This document shows, in pieces, positions 49,982 to 59,198 of a stretch of DNA of 64,000 nt. The DNA comes from an uncultured Gemmataceae bacterium (GTDB lineage Bacteria; Planctomycetota; Planctomycetia; Gemmatales; Gemmataceae). A program made the translations under genes and the position numbers. The notes beneath the pieces are model-generated. The model was not told the origin of the DNA. It saw only the letters and a program-made list of their open reading frames with translations, and searched no databases. Position 1 is the first letter of the stretch. Every line of letters begins with the position of its first letter. The DNA lies in NCBI GenBank assembly GCA_963750165.1, contig CAVVPN010000012.1, forward strand, positions 1,120,001 to 1,184,000, in the 5' to 3' direction.

Positions 49982-51469
49982 CTAGCGATCGTTCATTTTC
50001 GGCACGAGAACCCCAGGGGCGAGGCGCACGGGGGCGCCGTCGGTCAGGGCCATCAGGTCGTCGGCGGTGGCCACATTCACCCGGTCGTCGAACGGCACCC
50101 AGCGTGCCTTGCCGTCGGGCCCGTTCGGCAGCCGGCGGTTGGTGACCTCGATCCACTTGCCGTCGCTGATGCCCGTCTGGATCTCGGTCCTGACCACGTG
50201 GCCGTTCTTGTACAGCCAGCAGAAGGTCTGTTCGCCGACCGTGAAGGTGGCGCTCACCGGCAGCGCCCGCACGTCGGGGTGCTCGATAATCACGTTGGCG
50301 TAGGCGTACATGCCCGGCAGAATCTTGCTGTTGGGGTTGTTCAGATCGATCTCGGCGCGGAGCGTGCGGCTGGTGACGTTCAAGGCCCATGAGGTGCGCG
50401 TCACCGTCGCCGACAGCCACTCGTCCTTGTAGCCGCGGATGTAGACGCTCGCCGGCGTCCCCTTGCGGACGTAGTTGGCGTCTTGCTCGGGGATGTCCAC
50501 GAAGATGCGGACGATGTCGGTGCGGTCCACCACGTAGAGCGGCGCGGCCCCGCTGGGCGACTGGTGCGGCGACCGGTGCATGGCCGTCGGGTCGCCGTTG
50601 GCGGGCAGCACGAAGTCGTTGGTGTTGGCGTTGCGCACCGTGATGATGCCGTCGAACGGCGCCGGCAACGTCAGGTAGCCAACCAGAGCCTCGAGCCGTT
50701 TTGCCTCGCTCTCGGCGACCTTCAGTTCCGCGCTGGCGACCGCGACGGCGACCGTCTTCTCATCCAGCTTGGCGTTCTTCGAGAGCAGTTCCGCGTCCGC
50801 CTTCAGGATGGTCGCCTTGGCCGCCTCCCGCGCGGCCCGGTTCGACCGCAACTGATTCTCCGATTCGAGCAGCACCTGTGGATCGACCGTGCCGTTGGCG
50901 ACCTCGCGCCGCAGCCGCTTGACCTCCGAGTCCCAGCGGACGACCTGGGCCTCGTACTGGTCCAGGATCGCCTTGGTTTCCAGCAGGCGCGCCTCGGCCG
51001 CCTTGACATCGGCCTCGGCCACCTTGACGAGCTTGCGGGCCAGTTGCACGCGCTCCTCATCGAGCTTGACCGTGGCCTTCTTCGTCTCCCAGTCCTCGAC
51101 CCACTCCGGCACGAACAGCTTCGCAAGCACGTCATTCTTCTTCACCTTGTCGCCGATGTCCACGCACCACTTTTCGATGTACGCGGTCATCTTCGGGTAG
51201 ATCGACGTGCGCTCGTAGGCCTCGACGAAGCTCGGCTGGCTGACGGTGCGGACGATGGTCTTCACCGGCGTCTGGAGCAGCTTCACCATTGGCGGGTCCG
51301 CGACGCTCCCGGTGGCGGCCTCGTGCTTGCCCTCCGGCTCGCCGGATCGGCCCCAGCTGAACCAGAGCGTCAGGCAGCCCCCGATCACGATCACGGGCGC
51401 GACCCAGAGCAGGAGCCGGTGGCGCGTGGTGGCAGGAAACGACGCCGGAGTTTGATCTGCACTATTCAT
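49982..51469 (-). CDS. RND efflux periplasmic adaptor subunit
   Basis: N-terminal TM, VDIGDKVKK lipoyl half, long coiled-coil hairpin, APFDGII, SRTLRAEIDL.N...ILPGMY. Confidence 0.9.
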   Translation of the reverse strand: MNSADQTPASFPATTRHRLLLWVAPVIVIGGCLTLWFSWGRSGEPEGKHEAATGSVADPPMVKLLQTPVKTIVRTVSQPSFVEAYERTSIYPKMTAYIEKWCVDIGDKVKKNDVLAKLFVPEWVEDWETKKATVKLDEERVQLARKLVKVAEADVKAAEARLLETKAILDQYEAQVVRWDSEVKRLRREVANGTVDPQVLLESENQLRSNRAAREAAKATILKADAELLSKNAKLDEKTVAVAVASAELKVAESEAKRLEALVGYLTLPAPFDGIITVRNANTNDFVLPANGDPTAMHRSPHQSPSGAAPLYVVDRTDIVRIFVDIPEQDANYVRKGTPASVYIRGYKDEWLSATVTRTSWALNVTSRTLRAEIDLNNPNSKILPGMYAYANVIIEHPDVRALPVSATFTVGEQTFCWLYKNGHVVRTEIQTGISDGKWIEVTNRRLPNGPDGKARWVPFDDRVNVATADDLMALTDGAPVRLAPGVLVPKMNDR

Positions 51470-51588
51470 CGAACATCTCCTTATGAATCAGGATGAGGTT
51501 GTTCCGCGCTGGGCGAGCGGCGCGGCGTCAGCCCGCCGTGTCTGGCGTTCCACGGCGGGTTGACGCCGCGCCGCTCGCCCCGGTTTTT

Positions 51589-54500
51589 TCACTCAATGAG
51601 GCGGCGCTCCGGGCTCGTGGCCTCCGTCATTGGGGCCGTGATCTCCGTGCGGCGGCGGCGGCGCGGCGCGCGCGGCCGCTCGATCGGGCCGTGGCCGGTC
51701 CCCGGCGAGATGCCCTCACCGTGCTGCGGCTCCAGCGCGATCGGCCGGCCGCTTTCGTCCCAGGCCCCGTAATCCTCGCTCGCCGCCACGTCCGCGACGT
51801 ACTCGTCCTTGTGAGCGTGGACGTTCGGGTCGTAGTGCGCGCTGTCGCGGTCGTCGGGGTAGATCGATGGCGACTTGGCTTTCTGGCGGCCGATGACCAC
51901 CGCGAAGATCGATGGCAGCACCAGCAGCGTCGCCACCGTGGACATCACCAGGCCGCCGATCACCGCCAGGCCCAGCGGCGCCTGCATCTGACTGCCCTTC
52001 TCCAACGCCAGGGCCATCGGCACCATGCCGACGGTCATGGCGCAGGCGGTCATCAGAATCGGCCGCAACCGGTCGCTCGCCCCGAGGATGGCCGCGTCGG
52101 TCGAGGACTTGCCGTTCTTCCAGTGGTCGTCCATGAACGTCACGAGCATGACCGAGTTGGACACCGACACGCCCAGGCTCATGATCGAACCCATGAACGA
52201 CTCAATGTTCAAACTGGTGCGGGTGAAGTACAGGATGGTGGCGATGCCCGCGAGCACGCCCGGCACGGCGCCGATGGAGATCAGGCCGAGCTTCGGCGAC
52301 TGGAAGTAGGCGGTCAGCAGCACGAGGATGACGAACACCGCGACCGCCAGGCCGACGCCGAGCGCCAGGAACATCTCGTTCATCGGCGGCAGCTGGCCGC
52401 GGAGTTCGACGCGGACGCCGGCGGGAGGGGTGCCGGCCCGGTCGATGGCCTCCTGCACCTGGCGGGCGGCGCGGCCCATGTCCTCGCCTTCGACGTTGGC
52501 GGTCACGGTCAGGTAGCGCTGCGACATGTTGCGGTCGAACTCGCCGGGCCGCACGCTGGTGCGGACCTTGGCCACGTCGCGGATCATCAGGTTGACGAAC
52601 GGGTTGATCGAGTGAATCGGCAGCTCCTCGATGGCCTCCGCCTTGACCATCTTGTTCGGTGGCACCTGGATCTGCACCAGGTAGTCGAAGCCGGTGCGCT
52701 CGTCGCACCAGTAATTGAGGTCGCTGAAGCGGGTCGAGGAGGTCGCCATCACGAGGGCGCGGTGGATGTCCTCGACGGTGACGCCGCTCAGGTTCGCCTT
52801 CTCGCGGTCAATCTCGACCTCGATGGTCGGGTAATCGACGGTCTGCTCGAACTGCACGTCGCGCAGGTACGGAATCTTCTTCATCTCGGTGGCGACCTTC
52901 TCCGCGTGCTTGCGGACGTCGCCCAGGTCGGTGCCGACGAGCCGCACCGCGATCGGCGTCATCGAACCGAAGCTCATCACCGAGGAGACGATGTCGCCGG
53001 GCTCGAAGCCGAAGGTCGCCAGGTGAGCCTGCTTGATGGCCTCCGCGTTGGACAGGCCGCCCTGCTCCAACCGCTGCTCCAGCCACGGGATGACCTTCTC
53101 GGGCAGCTTCTTGCGGAGACGCTCGCGGAACTCGGCGAGCTGAATGCCGCTGTCCTCCTTGAGTTTGACGCGCAGCTGGCCATCATCCGGGCCGCGCATG
53201 AACAACACCATGTTGTTGATGCCGAAGTTCGGGGCCACCTGGCCGACGTAGCCCATCGAAATCTCAATGTTTTCGCGGCCGGCTTCCTGCTCGATCACCT
53301 CCAGGTTCTTGAGCGCCATCTGCCGGGTCAGCTCGAAGTTGGAGCCGGGCGGCGGCCGGAAGCGGAGCACGAATTGCCCCGAATCGACCTGCGGGAACAG
53401 CTCGGTGCCGACCTGCAAGCCGAGCACCAGCAGGATCGCGACGCAGCCGCCGAGGTAGGTCAACACCACCGGCCAGCGCAGCCGGACGAACAGGTTCACC
53501 GCCTTGCCGTAGCCCTTGAGCAACAGGCCGAACAGTCCGGCCTCTTCGCCGTGGCCCGCGCCGTGTTCGTGGCCCATGTGCTTGAGCAGGTACACCGACA
53601 GCACCGGCACGAACGTGCTGGAGAGCAGGTACGACGAGATCATGGCGAAGCCGACGCCCAGGGTCAGCGGCATGAACAGCGACCGCAGGGGGTCCGCCAT
53701 GATGAACGCCGGGATGAACACCGACAAAATACAGAGCAGTGCCAGCAACCGCGGCACGGCGGTGGCGTTGCTGGCGTGCAGCACCGCCGTGGCCACGTTT
53801 TTCGTGTGCCCCATCTGCACGTGGACGTTTTCGATGGTCACCGTCGCCTCATCCACGAGGATGCCGATGGCCAGGGCCATGCCGCCCAGGGACATGATGT
53901 TGATGGTGTTGCCCGTCAGGTACAGGCCGAACAGCGACCCGAGCAGGGCCAGCGGGATGTTGGCGACGACGACGATCACGCTGCGTAAATCGCGGAGGAA
54001 CAGCAGGATCATCAGGCCGGTCAGGCAGGCGCCGATGGCCCCCTCGGTGGCCACGCTCTCGACCGCCGCCACCACGGTCGGCGACTCGTCGAACTGGAAG
54101 CTGATCTTGACCTTGTCGCGGTACTCCTTGGGGATGACGCTACGGAACAGGTCCATCGACTTGCGCGTGTTGGCGACCACGTCGAGCGTCGAGCCAGTGT
54201 CGGTCTTGATGATCGGCAGGTAGACCGACTTCTTGCCGTTGACGACCGCGTAGCCGTAGGTGATGTCGGTGTCGTCCATGATGGTCGCCACGTCACGGAT
54301 GTAGACGTTGCGCTTGCTCTTGAGCGGGATGTCGCCGAGGCGCTGGATATTGCTGACCGTGGCGTTGTTGTGGACGATCGGCATCGAGTCCTTCACGTAG
54401 ACGTTGCCGGCCGGGATGATGGTATTGCCCTTGTGCAGGGCGTCCACGACCTCCTGGGGCGTGATGTTGTAGGTCTGGAGTTTGTTCGGGTTCACGTAGA

Positions 54501-55059
54501 CGACGATGGAGCGCATGTTCGGGCCGAAGGGCGAGATGGCCACGGTGCCGGGCACGTTCTTCTGCACCTGCGGCCGCACCAGGTTCTGGGCCCAGTCGCC
54601 GAGTTGGCCGAGCGACGCCTCGTCGCTCTCCAGCACGAGGTAGCCGACGGGGACGCTGCCGGCGTCCATGCGCATAATCATCGGCGGCAGCGTCCCCTTG
54701 GGCATCCACGACATGGCCCGGTTGGACATGGCCACGGTCTGGGCCATGGCCTGGCCCATGTTGGTGCCGGGGTAGAACGACAGCTTGCACAGCGACACCT
54801 GCTGGATGTTGCGCGAGTCGATGTCCTTGATGCCATCGACGTACTGGAAATACAACTCCAGCTGGTTGACGATGAAGCCCTCGATCTGATCGGGCCCCAT
54901 GCCGACGTAGTCGAGAAAGACGTAGATCTGCGGGGTATTCAGGGAGGGGAAGATGTCCACCCGCATGCGGTTGAACGCCAGGAGGCCGCCGCTAATCAGG
55001 CCCACGACCAACATCAGGGTCGTGATCGGACGCTTCATGGCGAATACGGTCGGGTTCAT
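51589..55059 (-). CDS. RND efflux permease (AcrB/CusA/CzcA superfamily)
   Basis: VDIFP, GILVDEATVTIEN, RLRPILMT and APLGLAVIGG motifs; His-rich loop HMGHEHGAGHGEE. Confidence 0.93.
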   Translation of the reverse strand: MNPTVFAMKRPITTLMLVVGLISGGLLAFNRMRVDIFPSLNTPQIYVFLDYVGMGPDQIEGFIVNQLELYFQYVDGIKDIDSRNIQQVSLCKLSFYPGTNMGQAMAQTVAMSNRAMSWMPKGTLPPMIMRMDAGSVPVGYLVLESDEASLGQLGDWAQNLVRPQVQKNVPGTVAISPFGPNMRSIVVYVNPNKLQTYNITPQEVVDALHKGNTIIPAGNVYVKDSMPIVHNNATVSNIQRLGDIPLKSKRNVYIRDVATIMDDTDITYGYAVVNGKKSVYLPIIKTDTGSTLDVVANTRKSMDLFRSVIPKEYRDKVKISFQFDESPTVVAAVESVATEGAIGACLTGLMILLFLRDLRSVIVVVANIPLALLGSLFGLYLTGNTINIMSLGGMALAIGILVDEATVTIENVHVQMGHTKNVATAVLHASNATAVPRLLALLCILSVFIPAFIMADPLRSLFMPLTLGVGFAMISSYLLSSTFVPVLSVYLLKHMGHEHGAGHGEEAGLFGLLLKGYGKAVNLFVRLRWPVVLTYLGGCVAILLVLGLQVGTELFPQVDSGQFVLRFRPPPGSNFELTRQMALKNLEVIEQEAGRENIEISMGYVGQVAPNFGINNMVLFMRGPDDGQLRVKLKEDSGIQLAEFRERLRKKLPEKVIPWLEQRLEQGGLSNAEAIKQAHLATFGFEPGDIVSSVMSFGSMTPIAVRLVGTDLGDVRKHAEKVATEMKKIPYLRDVQFEQTVDYPTIEVEIDREKANLSGVTVEDIHRALVMATSSTRFSDLNYWCDERTGFDYLVQIQVPPNKMVKAEAIEELPIHSINPFVNLMIRDVAKVRTSVRPGEFDRNMSQRYLTVTANVEGEDMGRAARQVQEAIDRAGTPPAGVRVELRGQLPPMNEMFLALGVGLAVAVFVILVLLTAYFQSPKLGLISIGAVPGVLAGIATILYFTRTSLNIESFMGSIMSLGVSVSNSVMLVTFMDDHWKNGKSSTDAAILGASDRLRPILMTACAMTVGMVPMALALEKGSQMQAPLGLAVIGGLVMSTVATLLVLPSIFAVVIGRQKAKSPSIYPDDRDSAHYDPNVHAHKDEYVADVAASEDYGAWDESGRPIALEPQHGEGISPGTGHGPIERPRAPRRRRRTEITAPMTEATSPERRLIE

Positions 55060-55420
55060 AACAATCCTCACGCCGGGTCATTCACACAATCATCACGTCG
55101 GCCACCTCACCCCCAGAGCAACCTCCATGCCGGGGGAAGATAACAAGCTTGTTAGGCGCTACAAGTATTTATTTGCAACCGGTTACGGGCGTTGGTGTCG
55201 TCTGGAGAGGAGGATGGCAAACGCTGTTGCCTCAGAATCCTGGGGGTTATTTCGTCATCGGGCCGATTTTTTATGCACGCACCGCGGGGGGTTGTGGAGC
55301 ACTTTACGGATGCGGTTGGGAACTCGGCGCGAGGCGTTATCATTCATCCAGGGATGATGCCGTCTGGATAAATAACATTGATTATATTACGATTTTATGC
55401 ACCGTCACGCCATCACCGTT

Positions 55421-55493
55421 TTCATTACAAGATCGTTAGCTTTCGCGACCGCAGTGCGGCTAGGTGTTGGGAAGATTACGAAATTGTTATTTT
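55421..55493. promoter_or_regulatory. Two CusR/CopR-box-like operators upstream of the RND operon
   Basis: aagattacgaaattgttatttt (55472-55493) and ttcattacaagatcgttagctt (55421-55442) in an AT-rich intergenic stretch; they resemble the cop-box consensus as I recall it. Confidence 0.5.
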
Positions 55494-55604
55494 TCGCCGG
55501 GCTTTCTGCATTCGTAAACCCCGGAGGGAAAGGGGGGGCGGCGAAAGTGATCCCGGGTTGCGGGACGGGTGATAAGATACCCGCACGATACCCTGGCGTC
55601 GAGG

Positions 55605-57056
55605 TCAAACCGCTGGCGGCGACGGTTCTGGCGGTGCGAGTTGAACTTCCGGCGGCTGGTAGTGCGTGCATCCCGGCAGCCGCACGGTCACCTCCGTGCC
55701 GCGACCGGGCACGCTCGTGATCTCAATGGTCCCCTGGTGGGCCGCGACGATGGTCTGGCAAATGCTCAGGCCGAGCCCCGTGCCGCGGGTGTTCCCCTGC
55801 CGCCCCCGCCCCTTGTCGCCACGGTAGAAGCGCTCGAAGACGTGCGGCAGGTCCTCGGCCGCGATGCCGGCGCCGCTGTCGGCCACGCGCAGCACGGCCG
55901 CCCCGGCCTCCTCGACCAGCGTCACGCGGACGCGACCGGGGGCGGGGGTGTACTTGGTGGCGTTGTCGAGCAGGTTGTTAATCACCTGCCACAGGTAGCC
56001 GGCGTCGCCCGGGACGAGCAGCGGTTCCAGGCGTTCGATCTGTAACTCGACCCCGGCCACCTCCGCTACTCCCTGGAACATCTCCGCCGAGCGGCGCACG
56101 ACCTCGTCCAGCTGCACGGGCTTCGGGGCGTTGCACACCTGGCCCACGTCGCCCTCCGCGAGCAGGAGCAGGCGATTCACCAGCAGCCGCAGGCCGCTCG
56201 CCTCCTCCAGCAGGTCGGACAGAACCTCCTGATACTCCGCCGCGCTGCGCTCGGCGTTGAGCGCGACCTGCATGCCGCTGTACATGGCGGTCAGGGGCGA
56301 GCGCAGCTCGTGAGCGGCGTTGGCAGTGAACTCTCGCATCTGTTCGATGTAGCGGGCGATGCGGTCGAGCAGGCCGTTGATGGTCTGCGAGAGCTGGTCC
56401 AGCTCGTCGTGACTGTCGCGGATGGGGAGGCGCTCCTTGAGGTGATCGGGCTGCAGCCGGGCCGTGGTGGCGATGATGAGGGCCAGCGGCCGGGTGGCGC
56501 GTCCGGCCAGCAGGAAGCCGCCCAGCGGCGCCAGCAGCAGTGCCAGGCAGCCGACGCCGATCATGAGCCGGGTGAAGCGGGTCAGGTCGTGGTTGGCGTG
56601 CCGCAGCGAGCAGCCGACCTGCATAACCCGGCCGCCCCCGGGCGCGGCGATCCGCCGGTGGACGAAGCGGTAATCGCCAACCGTGAAAAACTGGCCATCC
56701 CCGGCTGGCGTCAGGAAGGCGACCTCCAGGCCCGGAGCGTGGACGCTGCTCCAGAGGAGCCGGCCGTCGATGGTGAAGAGTTGCACGAAGAGGCCGCGAC
56801 GCGGGTGACCGGCGGCGCGGTGGTTGAGGAGCAAACGCGCCGCTGGCGCGTCCGGATCGTCGTCCGGGAGGTCGATGGTGGCGGCGTCCAACTCCTCGCC
56901 GATGAACTCGTCCACCATCTGGTACAGGGTGAAGCGGAGGCCCTCCCGGAGGGCCAGCAGGGTGACCAACACCAGGGCGGCGAGGACGACGGTGTTCCAC
57001 AACGTGAGCCGCACGCGCAGGCTGCCCAGGACGGCCCTAAGGCGAGACAATACCAT
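55605..57056 (-). CDS. Sensor histidine kinase (HAMP-HisKA-HATPase, heavy-metal sensor-like)
   Basis: Two TM segments, HAMP, AAHELRSPL, NLLDNATKY, DSGAGI, GTGLGL. Confidence 0.93.
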   Translation of the reverse strand: MVLSRLRAVLGSLRVRLTLWNTVVLAALVLVTLLALREGLRFTLYQMVDEFIGEELDAATIDLPDDDPDAPAARLLLNHRAAGHPRRGLFVQLFTIDGRLLWSSVHAPGLEVAFLTPAGDGQFFTVGDYRFVHRRIAAPGGGRVMQVGCSLRHANHDLTRFTRLMIGVGCLALLLAPLGGFLLAGRATRPLALIIATTARLQPDHLKERLPIRDSHDELDQLSQTINGLLDRIARYIEQMREFTANAAHELRSPLTAMYSGMQVALNAERSAAEYQEVLSDLLEEASGLRLLVNRLLLLAEGDVGQVCNAPKPVQLDEVVRRSAEMFQGVAEVAGVELQIERLEPLLVPGDAGYLWQVINNLLDNATKYTPAPGRVRVTLVEEAGAAVLRVADSGAGIAAEDLPHVFERFYRGDKGRGRQGNTRGTGLGLSICQTIVAAHQGTIEITSVPGRGTEVTVRLPGCTHYQPPEVQLAPPEPSPPAV

Positions 57057-57708
57057 AGCCGCGCCCTCGCACGGTTCGGATGGCGGAGGTGGTGTACCCG
57101 CGGTCCAGCTTGGCCCGCAGGCGGTTGATGTGGACCTCGATCACGTTGGTCACGCCGTCCCAGTCGGCGCGCCAGAGGTGCTCGCACAGCATCTTCCGCG
57201 TCACCACCTGGCCGGCGTGCCGCATCAGGAATTCGAGCAGGCTGAACTCGGTCGGCGTGAGGTCAATTTCGCGCTCCGCCCGGGTGACGCGGTGGCGGGC
57301 CAGGTCGAGTCGCAGGTCGCCCACCTCGAGAACCGGCGCCGGCCGGCGCATCGAGCGGCGGCACACCGCCTCCAGGCGCGCCAGCAACTCGGCGAAGTCG
57401 AACGGCTTGACGAGGTAGTCGTCGGCGCCGTCCTGCAGGCCCTGGACGCGGTCCTGCACGGTGCCCAGGGCGGTCAGCAGGATGACGGGGGTTTGAATGC
57501 CGGCCTGTCGCAATTCGCGGAGCACGTCGCGGCCGTCCATGCCCGGCAGCAGCTGGTCCAGGACGAGGGCGTCGTACTGCTGCGAGCGCGCCCTGTCGAG
57601 CCCGGCCTTGCCGTCGGTCACCCAGTCGGACTCGATCCCCATCTCGGCGAAACCGGAGTGCAGCGATTTCCCAGTCATCGGGTCGTCTTCGATCACGAGT
57701 ACGTGCAT
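57037..57708 (-). CDS. OmpR-family response regulator (CusR/CopR-like)
   Basis: VIEDD, LVLDQLLPGMDG, GADDYLVKPF, TNVIEVHINRLRAK, IRTVRGRGY. Confidence 0.93.
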   Translation of the reverse strand: MHVLVIEDDPMTGKSLHSGFAEMGIESDWVTDGKAGLDRARSQQYDALVLDQLLPGMDGRDVLRELRQAGIQTPVILLTALGTVQDRVQGLQDGADDYLVKPFDFAELLARLEAVCRRSMRRPAPVLEVGDLRLDLARHRVTRAEREIDLTPTEFSLLEFLMRHAGQVVTRKMLCEHLWRADWDGVTNVIEVHINRLRAKLDRGYTTSAIRTVRGRGYGIVSP

Positions 57709-57907
57709 GCCTTTGTCCCTTCCGAGGCAAAGAGCCTGTCCGTTGAAACACCCATCTCCAGGTTCAGGATACCGCATTCGCTGCATCGGGTAGGTTTTTC
57801 TGGGATTGCTGACTCGCTGGTCGAGTCGTTCGTGTGCTTCCACTGGCGGCCGGGGAAACTCACCCTAATTTATTACCTTGTGGGGCCCTCACAACCAAGG
57901 GGGCACC

Positions 57908-57926
57908 AGTTAACGGATTTGTAATC
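57908..57926. promoter_or_regulatory. Cop-box-like site upstream of the response regulator
   Basis: agttaacggatttgtaatc, similar to the sites at 55421-55493. Confidence 0.4.
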
Positions 57927-58071
57927 CCGCAAATTCCCGAAGCGTGCGGGGCTTCGGCCTGGTGCAGGAACGGCATAACCACGGAGTGTGGCGCCAGGCA
58001 CTGCGCGAAGCAGGAGACGACCTTGATGCCTCTGGACGCTGACCGCCGATCTGAAGCAAGGGAGACTTGAC

Positions 58072-59178
58072 GTGGTGGATACCCCCCTCGGCCGCGGCCC
58101 CGGGCGCCCGGTGAAGCGCCGCACACGCACGTTTCGGCCCAACTACCTGTCGTTCGCCGGGACATACCAGTGCAACCTGAGCTGTCCTCATTGCTGCGTG
58201 CCGATCGAATGGCCCGACCGGTTGCCGATCCCGGCGGCGCTGCGCTTCCTGGAAGACGCGCGCACCTTCGGCATCGAAATCCTCGGCTTCACCGGCGGCG
58301 AGCCATTCCTCTACCCGGAATTCGTGCGCACGCTGTGCCGCCGGGCGGTCGAGCTGGGCTTTCGCTTCGACAAGATCATGACCAACGGCGTCTGGTTCCG
58401 GGACGCCGCGGAACTGGAGACGGTGCTCCGCGACCTGGCCGCGACCGGCTTCAGCGGCAAACTCGGCCTGAGCGTGGACAAGTTCCACGGCGTCCACACC
58501 CCGCAGCTGGCGGCGTTTTGCCGCACCGCCCGCCGGGTCTTCGACCGCGACAACATCGTGTCGATCTCCTACGCCAGTCGGCGGCCGGACCAGGGGCTGG
58601 AGCCGGTCCACGCACTGGCGCAGGAGCTGGGCGCCGTCGTGGACTGGTCGCCGCTGCTGCACCGTTATCTGCTGGTGTCGCCGGAGCTGACGGTGACGCT
58701 GAACTGGAATGCGTTGGCCGCGGTGGAGCGAGCCGAGAAGCTGACCGGGGCGTGGGACGGCGCGTGGTTCGAGGAGGACTACTGCGAGGGCCCGGGCCAG
58801 GCGCTGATCGTGACGCCGCGCGGCGAGGTCAAGCCGTGCTGCGGCTTCGCGTCGGACCTGGACCAGCTGACGATCGGCAACATTCAAAGCGACACGGTGG
58901 CGCAGATTGTCGAGCGCGCGCGGCGGCACCCGTATGTCGGCAAGGTGTTCCGCGCGGGGCTAACCGCCATCCGCGACGAAATCCTCGCGCACGACCCGGC
59001 GGCGCTGCCGGGGGCGACATCCAATCATTGCTACTTCTGCTGGTACGTGCTGACGCGCGGGCTGGCGGCGGGGGTACACGGCGGCGGCGGCCAGGTCGGC
59101 GGCTGGACGGGAGCGCGGCCGAACTTCGCGGGGGAGCTGGTGCAGGTGGGGACGCTGAATTTGCGGCCGGGCACGTGA
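58072..59178 (+). CDS. Radical SAM protein with SPASM/twitch-like C-terminal domain
   Basis: CNLSCPHC, FTGGEPF, MTNG, SVDKFH; C-terminal YCEGP...GEVKPCCG...IGNI...HCYFC. Confidence 0.88.
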   Translation: MVDTPLGRGPGRPVKRRTRTFRPNYLSFAGTYQCNLSCPHCCVPIEWPDRLPIPAALRFLEDARTFGIEILGFTGGEPFLYPEFVRTLCRRAVELGFRFDKIMTNGVWFRDAAELETVLRDLAATGFSGKLGLSVDKFHGVHTPQLAAFCRTARRVFDRDNIVSISYASRRPDQGLEPVHALAQELGAVVDWSPLLHRYLLVSPELTVTLNWNALAAVERAEKLTGAWDGAWFEEDYCEGPGQALIVTPRGEVKPCCGFASDLDQLTIGNIQSDTVAQIVERARRHPYVGKVFRAGLTAIRDEILAHDPAALPGATSNHCYFCWYVLTRGLAAGVHGGGGQVGGWTGARPNFAGELVQVGTLNLRPGT

Positions 59179-59198
59179 TCCACTGACGGGAGTGCTTG

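Noticed and set aside
51493..53988. 831-aa plus-strand ORF and similar long ORFs opposite real genes
   Set aside because: Antisense to the RND permease; a typical high-GC shadow frame with no motifs.
57834..58070. Cys-containing small ORF as a RiPP precursor for the radical SAM enzyme
   Set aside because: Weak start, no RBS, and it overlaps the probable divergent promoter region; not supportable from sequence alone.
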